Shown here piece by piece: positions 47,621 through 53,274 of a stretch of 56,151 nt of DNA; positions within the stretch are counted from its first letter, which is position 1; each line of letters opens with the position of its first letter. The DNA lies in NCBI GenBank assembly GCA_041657445.1, contig JBBABV010000003.1, positions 1 through 56,151 on the forward strand, given 5' to 3'. Source of the stretch: Minisyncoccota bacterium (GTDB lineage: Bacteria > Patescibacteriota > Minisyncoccia > Phycocordibacterales > UBA9973). The translations under genes and the position numbers were made by a program. Under the pieces are notes generated by a model that made no database searches, was not told the origin of the DNA, and saw nothing but the letters and a program-made list of their open reading frames with translations.

Positions 47621-48100
47621 TCATTGATTCTTTAAAAAAGAAAATACAGTGAAAAGAATAGTAGAAAGAAAAAATACTACTATAACAGCAGTATAAATCA
47701 TAGTTTGGTTTATTTTTTTGCGATAAGCATCTTTATCTTCTAGCTTTTGTGTTGAATCTTTCCCTGGTCCATATTTATTATCACCTGGTTCACTCTCCAT
47801 TAAATTCAAAACAATAATTATAATTGGACCTATTATTGGAAGTAACTGAAAAAGAAGTGTCCATCCACTTTTTCCTATGTCGTGTAGTCTTCTAATATTA
47901 ATCGCTATACTTGGTAACAGGACGGCTAAACAATAAATATAATAAATTAAATTGATATTTGTTTTAAAAATAAGTTTGCCGAGAATATAAAGGAACAAAC
48001 CAATAATAAAATTGAAAAGGGCAAAATACCAAAACTCTGGCAAGGAAGCTCTTCCTTTTAATACAAAATATTTTTTTAGGGCCTCAATGTAATAGTGCAT
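47621..48100 (-). CDS. DUF805-family membrane protein
   Basis: GRASLPEFWYFALFNFII and RRLHDIGKSGW are DUF805 signatures. Confidence 0.75.
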   Translation of the reverse strand: MHYYIEALKKYFVLKGRASLPEFWYFALFNFIIGLFLYILGKLIFKTNINLIYYIYCLAVLLPSIAINIRRLHDIGKSGWTLLFQLLPIIGPIIIIVLNLMESEPGDNKYGPGKDSTQKLEDKDAYRKKINQTMIYTAVIVVFFLSTILFTVFSFLKNQ

Positions 48101-48206
48101 TTAAAGATTTGTTTAAAATTAATTGTTTTTAATACTTTTATTATACTACTTTTCAATATATATAATTGAAGGGTGTTATTAATACACCTCTTTATTATAG
48201 CCCCCC

Positions 48207-48641
48207 TCACAATAAACAACAATCCTTATTACCTTCTGTAATACTACAATAATCACTGTTTATCGGATTTATATTTAAAAGTGCAATATCTGGAACATTT
48301 TTCCATAATTCCCTTAATTGAATAAAGAAATTTCTAGAAAAATCATAATCTCTTCCATAGTCCATTGGATTCCAGTCATCTCCCCACCAAGACTTATGAC
48401 AAAAAACTTTTTGCTTATTGTCTTCCGAGAATACTGAAATCATTCCTTCATTATGATTCGGTGCATCACATTTTCTTTTATACAATACCCTTTCATTTCT
48501 ATAAGCCATTCTCCTCACCAACCGACACTCCGGACAAAAAGTCGGTGGAGGGACTTTGATCTTTTCGTAAAAACTAAAATCCTCTGGCTCTATAGTGAAG
48601 TCGTGCTTACAATTCTGACATTGTCTAGTTTCGACTTGCAT
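48207..48641 (-). CDS. Zinc-ribbon protein, probably C-terminally truncated
   Basis: CQNC...CPEC ribbon followed by a Cys-rich region. Ends abruptly at ...NKDCCLL*, followed by non-coding DNA. Confidence 0.4.
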   Translation of the reverse strand: MQVETRQCQNCKHDFTIEPEDFSFYEKIKVPPPTFCPECRLVRRMAYRNERVLYKRKCDAPNHNEGMISVFSEDNKQKVFCHKSWWGDDWNPMDYGRDYDFSRNFFIQLRELWKNVPDIALLNINPINSDYCSITEGNKDCCLL

Positions 48642-48717
48642 AGTTATATTTTATACTTTTTTGTTTGACAAAGAAAGTGGTTTTTGCTAGTATTTTACTA
48701 CACTACGAAAAGAACCC

Positions 48718-49263
48718 TTATGCAGGAAAGTCTGCATCGGGGGTCTTTTTATTTCTAGTCTCTAATGTCTCACATCTGTCGGAAAGATATGAAATACTTA
48801 TTCCTATCTTTTTTAAAAGAATTGAACATCTTTTTGCTGGACTTGGAGAAATAATCACCTTTATTTTTTCTTTTTCCATTAAGAATCTTACAAGCGGTGC
48901 AAAATCTCCATCGCTTGAAACTATTATTGCTTTATCAAATACTCCCTCTATATAATCTTTCATTACCTTCACCACCATATCTGAATCACAATTACCTTTA
49001 GCCTTTTTTATACGAGAATAAACAACTTCTTTAAAAATTAATTCATAGCCAAGATTCCATAATTGCATATAGTGCATAGTATGTTTGGGTATAAAACCAA
49101 GAAATATGTATGCTTGCTTTACAGAATATTTATCTTCAAGCCAAACTCTAAAATGTCCATAGTTAAAATTCCAAGAAAAGTGCTTAGTAGCATTATAAAG
49201 ATTCGCTCCGTCAATATATGCAAAATTATTATTATGTTTTTTATTTGGATTGTTTTTATTCAT
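48718..49263 (-). CDS. NYN (LabA-like, PIN-related) domain protein
   Basis: FAYIDGANLY, CDSDMVVKVM and IVSSDGDFAPLV. Confidence 0.75.
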   Translation of the reverse strand: MNKNNPNKKHNNNFAYIDGANLYNATKHFSWNFNYGHFRVWLEDKYSVKQAYIFLGFIPKHTMHYMQLWNLGYELIFKEVVYSRIKKAKGNCDSDMVVKVMKDYIEGVFDKAIIVSSDGDFAPLVRFLMEKEKIKVIISPSPAKRCSILLKKIGISISYLSDRCETLETRNKKTPDADFPA

Positions 49264-49341
49264 TATCCCTGTACAATCCTCACAGGGATTTTAGTTATTT
49301 TTTATGAGAGTATTATATTCCTTGCAAAGTAAAAAGCAAAT

Positions 49342-49842
49342 TTAAGAAACCTTGCCGTACCCAAGCTCTACTATTCTTCTTCTTGCCTTGTCTATGAAAT
49401 GTAGCCAGTGGTCAAAATTCTTCTCACTATTATTCTCTTTCCAGATTTTAATCATATCTTCATAATCCACATATACAAGTTCAAATTTCTCATGTGATTC
49501 AAGATTCCTCTCAATCGTCTTGTCTGATTTTAGAATCACTAAAAAACAAGTAGATTCTGCTACACGATTTACTCCTCTTAAACTATTTGCATAGTGACAC
49601 ATCACTGTGTCTATCTCTTCTACCTGAAGAAAATCATACAGCCCACTTTCTTCCTTTATTTCCCTTTTTATACTCTCTTCTTTTTCCTCATCTTTCTCAT
49701 ATCCTCCACCAAACAATCTTAAGATGTTCTTACCATAAGTGTCTCTACCAACTGCATATTTCTGTCTTGAAGGAGAAAAGACGACAGCACAAGCCCCATC
49801 TCTTCTCTCTTCATTTTCTCTTTTTATTCCAAATTCTAGCAT
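49342..49842 (-). CDS. NUDIX hydrolase
   Basis: Nudix box GGGYEKDEEKEESIKREIKEESGL. Confidence 0.75.
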   Translation of the reverse strand: MLEFGIKRENEERRDGACAVVFSPSRQKYAVGRDTYGKNILRLFGGGYEKDEEKEESIKREIKEESGLYDFLQVEEIDTVMCHYANSLRGVNRVAESTCFLVILKSDKTIERNLESHEKFELVYVDYEDMIKIWKENNSEKNFDHWLHFIDKARRRIVELGYGKVS

Positions 49843-49862
49843 TGTAATTTAAGAATCAGTTT

Positions 49863-50453
49863 TTATAATAAATTTATTCTCTCTGTAAAAGAATTAGTGT
49901 CTTTGTAAAGAAATGCTTGCACCCCAAGACTTTTTGCAATATCTACATTTTCTTTTCTGTCATCAAAGAACATTATTTCTTCCGGTAAAAGTTTGAGAGT
50001 ATTAAAAACATAGTCCCAATATTCTTTTTCGCATTTATCATAACCAATATCACAAGTACAAAATACCCCATCAAAATGGTCCTTCATTCCCAATGTATTC
50101 CATGTATAATCTTTTCTATATTCTTCTTGACGAGTAGCAATATAGTATTTTATTCCCTCTTTTCTTTTTGCATCTATTAAATTCAGAATTTCTTTATTGA
50201 TTTCACTTTCTCTTTTAAACCAGGATGAAAGAAATTCATCTGTTGTTCCTATGTAATTCCATTTTTCAAGATATGATTTTATTACTTCTTTTAAATCTGC
50301 TTTTCCAAATGAGCATTTTTTAAAATCGTTCTGAAAGAATTCTAATACTGATTCATAGGGAATATTATTTTCTTCAGAAAAATACTGGCTAAACAATTTT
50401 TCTTTTTTTCTTATGATTATTCCGTCTAGGTCAATAAATATGGCTTTTATCAT
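49863..50453 (-). CDS. HAD-superfamily hydrolase
   Basis: Motif I FIDLDGIII and a distal FFDD motif. Confidence 0.7.
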   Translation of the reverse strand: MIKAIFIDLDGIIIRKKEKLFSQYFSEENNIPYESVLEFFQNDFKKCSFGKADLKEVIKSYLEKWNYIGTTDEFLSSWFKRESEINKEILNLIDAKRKEGIKYYIATRQEEYRKDYTWNTLGMKDHFDGVFCTCDIGYDKCEKEYWDYVFNTLKLLPEEIMFFDDRKENVDIAKSLGVQAFLYKDTNSFTERINLL

Positions 50454-50601
50454 TCTTGGATTATAACAAAATTAAATTAAAAAGTATTGGCTGGCCTCCT
50501 CGGGTTCGAAGCTTTTGCTGTTATATCACATAGGGTTTCCAAAGATAAATAAGTATAGCATTTTGACCCTCCTCGGAATACTTAACTTCTAATAATTATG
50601 T

Positions 50602-51066
50602 TCAAAACTTAACCCCTGAGACTTTAAGAACCTTGGCTCTAATATCACAAGCTGTGTTCAGTAAAACTTCTGCTTCTGCTCGATCCATTTGCACATATGT
50701 TCCACCGAATTTAGTGTCCAGTGTATTTTCGTATTCTTTAATCAAATCTATCAAAAAACTATTTTTTGAAATCTTATCGAACAGAGGAATAATTGAAGCA
50801 TAGTCCTTTATGACATCTGATGTGCGATGCCGATACTTAAACGGATCAAAAGTACTATCATAAAAGGACGCCAATGCCTTTACAAGACATTCCATACTCA
50901 TGCTTAAAGCAAATGGAGGTGCATAAAATATCGCAACTGCATTCATGTTCTGTTTTTTATAATTCTGAAGAGTCTCGTATGTATCTATCCATTCTGTTCC
51001 TGCAGAAAGAAATTGTCTCCACAGTGGAGGAAATGTATCATTAAACTTAGTAAATTTTGACTTCAC
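50602..51066 (-). CDS. Hypothetical helical protein, weakly HEPN-like
   Basis: GTG start 14 nt after the stop of the upstream gene. ECLVKALASFYD...YRHRTSDVIKDY loosely resembles the HEPN helix pattern but has no clean Rx4-6H motif. Confidence 0.35.
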   Translation of the reverse strand: MKSKFTKFNDTFPPLWRQFLSAGTEWIDTYETLQNYKKQNMNAVAIFYAPPFALSMSMECLVKALASFYDSTFDPFKYRHRTSDVIKDYASIIPLFDKISKNSFLIDLIKEYENTLDTKFGGTYVQMDRAEAEVLLNTACDIRAKVLKVSGVKF

Positions 51067-51080
51067 AGAAATTTTTTATA

Positions 51081-51650
51081 TTACAAGCCCAACAATTTAT
51101 GAATAGTGACCGGATCTAATCCAAATTCTCCTCCAAGTTTCAGTGCCATGGCTAGTATGTCTGTGATACTTTTTACTGTTGATAGAGAGGATTTTAACTT
51201 TTCTAAAAACTTTCTTTCTTTTGTGCTTTCTGTATGCTTAGGCATTTCTAAGATTATTCTTTCATGTAATTCAAGTATTATATTCTGTGATTGAAATTGA
51301 TTCTGAGACTGGTGCTGATTTATGACGGTACTTGGCATGCTACTAAAAGGAACTATTTCATCTGAAAAATATTCTCCGTACAGTCGAGAAATAAGACCTC
51401 CGAGCTTTGACCTATAACTTAATAAATCAAAATATTTTCGCATTGAACGATTCCATTCGGTAGTCCTTATTACTTCTTTATATCTTGAATAATCTTTCTG
51501 AGATACTTGCTGAAGCTCATCTATCGAAGAATTAAGTTGATCAACGAGTGAGGTATCATCATAAATCCTTTCACGACCTGAAGTTGCCTCAGGTGCTTGA
51601 GAAAGATATCCTTGTAACTCACTATATATTGGTCTGATTGTATTTTTCAT
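51081..51650 (-). CDS. Hypothetical protein (first gene of a two-gene cassette)
   Basis: 189 aa with a Gln/Ser-rich linker (QHQSQNQFQSQN). GAGGAG lies 11 nt upstream of the ATG, which is unusual in this window. Confidence 0.4.
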   Translation of the reverse strand: MKNTIRPIYSELQGYLSQAPEATSGRERIYDDTSLVDQLNSSIDELQQVSQKDYSRYKEVIRTTEWNRSMRKYFDLLSYRSKLGGLISRLYGEYFSDEIVPFSSMPSTVINQHQSQNQFQSQNIILELHERIILEMPKHTESTKERKFLEKLKSSLSTVKSITDILAMALKLGGEFGLDPVTIHKLLGL

Positions 51651-51823
51651 AAATTTTAATACTCCTCGGACTCTGAACCTATCTCAAGATTGCTCATCTC
51701 TACGCTTCGGCTCGAACGTTTTTCGTAGAAAAAAAGATTAATAATTAATACGTACGCTCCACGTTCTCAATTATTTTAAACTTTTTACTACGCTCTACTA
51801 ATGTGGAATTTAAAAATGGACTC

Positions 51824-51868
51824 GGAAAATGGAAACAAATATTTTGGGGATTAGGATTTCCATTTTCC
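51824..51868 (-). promoter_or_regulatory. 12-bp perfect hairpin in the long leader of the 51081 cassette
   Basis: GGAAAATGGAAA (51824-51835) / TTTCCATTTTCC (51857-51868), with a 21-nt loop. Confidence 0.4.
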
Positions 51869-51949
51869 TCGACTCTCATCTTTTGGCGAGATTTCAAATT
51901 CTACCCGCAGGAAAAATCTTAAATCAAAATTCAAAACATTGTCTCGGGC

Positions 51950-51958
51950 ATTATACCA
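51950..51958 (-). promoter_or_regulatory. Extended -10 promoter element (TGGTATAAT)
   Basis: Minus strand reads TGGTATAAT and is followed directly by GCCCGAGAC. About 290 nt upstream of the 51650 start codon. Confidence 0.45.
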
Positions 51959-52009
51959 TTTTTCTATTTTGGTGGTTACGCAAAGTTTTTTGACATCACC
52001 CCTCGGCAT

Positions 52010-52033
52010 CCGCCTCGGGCATTTCCGCTAGGG
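52010..52033. repeat. Outer inverted repeat, left arm (24 nt perfect)
   Basis: CCGCCTCGGGCATTTCCGCTAGGG is the reverse complement of 52298-52321. T52009/A52322 extends it to 25 bp. A further 9-bp pairing joins 52037-52045 to 52272-52280. Confidence 0.9.
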
Positions 52034-52056
52034 CTACGAGTGCCTAGATTGCAGGA

Positions 52057-52125
52057 GCGGGCAAGCGAATAGTCGAACGGCTCAAATACCGGGGAAATGA
52101 GCCGTTCGACTATTCGCTTGCCCGC
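52057..52125. repeat. 28-bp perfect hairpin with a 13-nt loop
   Basis: GCGGGCAAGCGAATAGTCGAACGGCTCA (52057-52084), loop AATACCGGGGAAA, TGAGCCGTTCGACTATTCGCTTGCCCGC (52098-52125). Every position pairs. Confidence 0.9.
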
Positions 52126-52132
52126 ACTTCTT

Positions 52133-52156
52133 GGGGAGAGGAAGTTTCCTCTCCCC
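52133..52156. repeat. 10-bp perfect hairpin
   Basis: GGGGAGAGGA-AGTT-TCCTCTCCCC. Confidence 0.85.
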
Positions 52157-52161
52157 GGGTC

Positions 52162-52191
52162 GGGCTCTCCGACCAAAGTCGGAGTCTGCCC
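52162..52191. repeat. Hairpin with an internal loop
   Basis: GGGC...CTCCGAC-CAAA-GTCGGAG...GCCC. Confidence 0.7.
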
Positions 52192-52297
52192 TCGCCATCC
52201 TCACTCTACGTTTTTCAATATTATGTTTAGTGAGTAGCTTTCGCTTTCGAGAACTCATTGCAATTCGGGTCAGGCACTCGTCCGTCAGTCATGGACA

Positions 52298-52321
52298 CCC
52301 TAGCGGAAATGCCCGAGGCGG
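52298..52321. repeat. Outer inverted repeat, right arm
   Basis: CCCTAGCGGAAATGCCCGAGGCGG, perfect complement of 52010-52033. Confidence 0.9.
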
Positions 52322-52404
52322 AAAATACATGTGCTTGACCCACCCTCCCATTCGCGCACAAAACCGCCGTGAGGAAAAGAGGAGACGGCTTGCTCCCAGC
52401 AAAA

Positions 52405-52572
52405 TTACAAATCATCTTTCAGCTCAACCGCTTCTTCTTCGTCTAATCCTTCCTCGTCCATAATTTCTTTCACGTGTTCAGCTTCGTTTTGTTCTAATCC
52501 GTAATTTTCCTTTAGTTCCAAAATTTCTTCGTCAATTTCTTCTTCGTTTTCTTTTTCAAGTTCTTCGTCCAT
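52405..52572 (-). CDS. 55-aa highly acidic small protein (candidate)
   Basis: Hand translation: MDEELEKENEEEIDEEILELKENYGLEQNEAEHVKEIMDEEGLDEEEAVELKDDL*. The ATG begins 2 nt after the stop of the wHTH ORF. Below the ORF-track length cutoff. Confidence 0.5.
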   Translation of the reverse strand: MDEELEKENEEEIDEEILELKENYGLEQNEAEHVKEIMDEEGLDEEEAVELKDDL

Positions 52573-52574
52573 TT

Positions 52575-52982
52575 TTATATTTTAGAATAAAAAACCGAAT
52601 GCCCAGTTTTTCCGGTTTGCTTGATTCTATTTTCTTTTTCTAATTGTGAGAGATACCGAGTTGCGGTTGCATCTGAAACATGAAGAAACTTTTCCACTTC
52701 GTCGTTAGTGATTTTAGATTGTTTTAGAAACATTGCCATAACTTTATCCAACTTTTTCCTTTTCCGAAATTGAATTGCATTTTTTGCTTTCTCTAACAAT
52801 TCGCGAATTGAATTTTTTGGTGGAATGATTGCGGGAGTTGGAGCAGAAACCGGTTCGGGTTTGATCGGCTCAGGTTCGGGAACTAACGGCTCATTTGGTG
52901 GGATTTGAGCCGTTTCCTTGTCCGCCTGAATGTTTTTGCTTTCGGCAGAGGGTTCGGCACTTCCACGGGCTCGGGGACAGGT
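52575..52982 (-). CDS. C-terminal winged-helix (DeoR-type HTH) part of a frameshifted gene
   Basis: The listed ORF 52575-52799 starts at TTG. The frame stays open upstream to 52982 and reads ...SAEPSAESKNIQADKETAQIPPNEPLVPEPEPIKPEPVSAPTPAIIPPKNSIRELLEKAKN.... HTH: ITNDEVEKFLHVSDATATRYLSQLEKENRI. Confidence 0.55.
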   Translation of the reverse strand, partial: TCPRARGSAEPSAESKNIQADKETAQIPPNEPLVPEPEPIKPEPVSAPTPAIIPPKNSIRELLEKAKNAIQFRKRKKLDKVMAMFLKQSKITNDEVEKFLHVSDATATRYLSQLEKENRIKQTGKTGHSVFYSKI

Positions 52983-53233
52983 TCATTTTGGGCTTGTTTT
53001 TCCTCAATTTTCAGTTCTTTTTCTGACTCCGTAGGGGTAGGATTTGAGAGTGGTATATCATTACTTTTCACTGAAAAGTCGTTCCCGGGGGCTTCTAGGG
53101 CCTCAGGGGGCATAACGGAGGGTTCAGAATATGCTGTATTTTCAAGGGTAGGCTCGGTGGGCTCTTGGGGGGTTGGTGGAATAGGGTTTTCTTCGGGAAT
53201 TGGGTTTTGAGTTGTATTTGGGTAGTCTGACAT
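52883..53233 (-). CDS. Pro/Glu-rich N-terminal part of the same frameshifted gene
   Basis: 116 aa. The composition is natural up to ...PVEVPNPLPKAK, then turns into an out-of-character basic tail TFRRTRKRLKSHQMSR*. Overlaps the wHTH frame by 100 nt. Confidence 0.5.
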   Translation of the reverse strand: MSDYPNTTQNPIPEENPIPPTPQEPTEPTLENTAYSEPSVMPPEALEAPGNDFSVKSNDIPLSNPTPTESEKELKIEEKQAQNEPVPEPVEVPNPLPKAKTFRRTRKRLKSHQMSR

Positions 53234-53274
53234 GTGTATATTATACCAAGCTTACAAATAAATTATTCTTTATT

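Larger units (their letters stand above)
51995..52400. other. GC-rich, highly structured element of unknown class (candidate novel ncRNA or DNA-level palindromic element)
   Basis: Visibly much more GC-rich than its surroundings. Nested perfect inverted repeats plus at least three further hairpins. Its only ORFs are low-complexity and overlap on both strands. Confidence 0.6.

Noticed and set aside
49265-49289. 8-bp hairpin (ATCCCTGT/ACAGGGAT) abutting the NYN gene start codon as a translational control element
   Set aside because: It is a single short hairpin with no T-run and no comparative support. It may simply be a weak terminator for the upstream Nudix gene.
50526-50561. 11-codon mini-ORF (MLYLFIFGNPM*) with GGAGGG 6 nt upstream of its ATG
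   Set aside because: It is too short to support. The apparent SD is one copy of the recurrent CCGAGGAGG motif, which is reported separately as a motif finding.
51995-52400. The GC-rich element as RNase P RNA, tmRNA, SRP RNA, 5S rRNA or a classical retron
   Set aside because: There is no GGAAAGUCC / ACAGAA.CCGGCUUA pair (RNase P). There is no tRNA-like T-arm or CCA end and no tag ORF (tmRNA). The hairpins are perfect and lack the SRP domain IV loops, and the length and motifs are wrong for 5S. Retron-like geometry was noted, but the window holds no reverse transcriptase (YxDD) ORF, so it cannot be called a retron.
51976-52463. ORFs 51976-52176 (-), 52131-52463 (+) and 52227-52415 (-) inside the GC-rich element
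   Set aside because: They overlap one another on both strands, their composition is low-complexity Arg/Gly/Pro/Ser, and they are made up of the inverted repeats themselves. This is better explained as non-coding structure.
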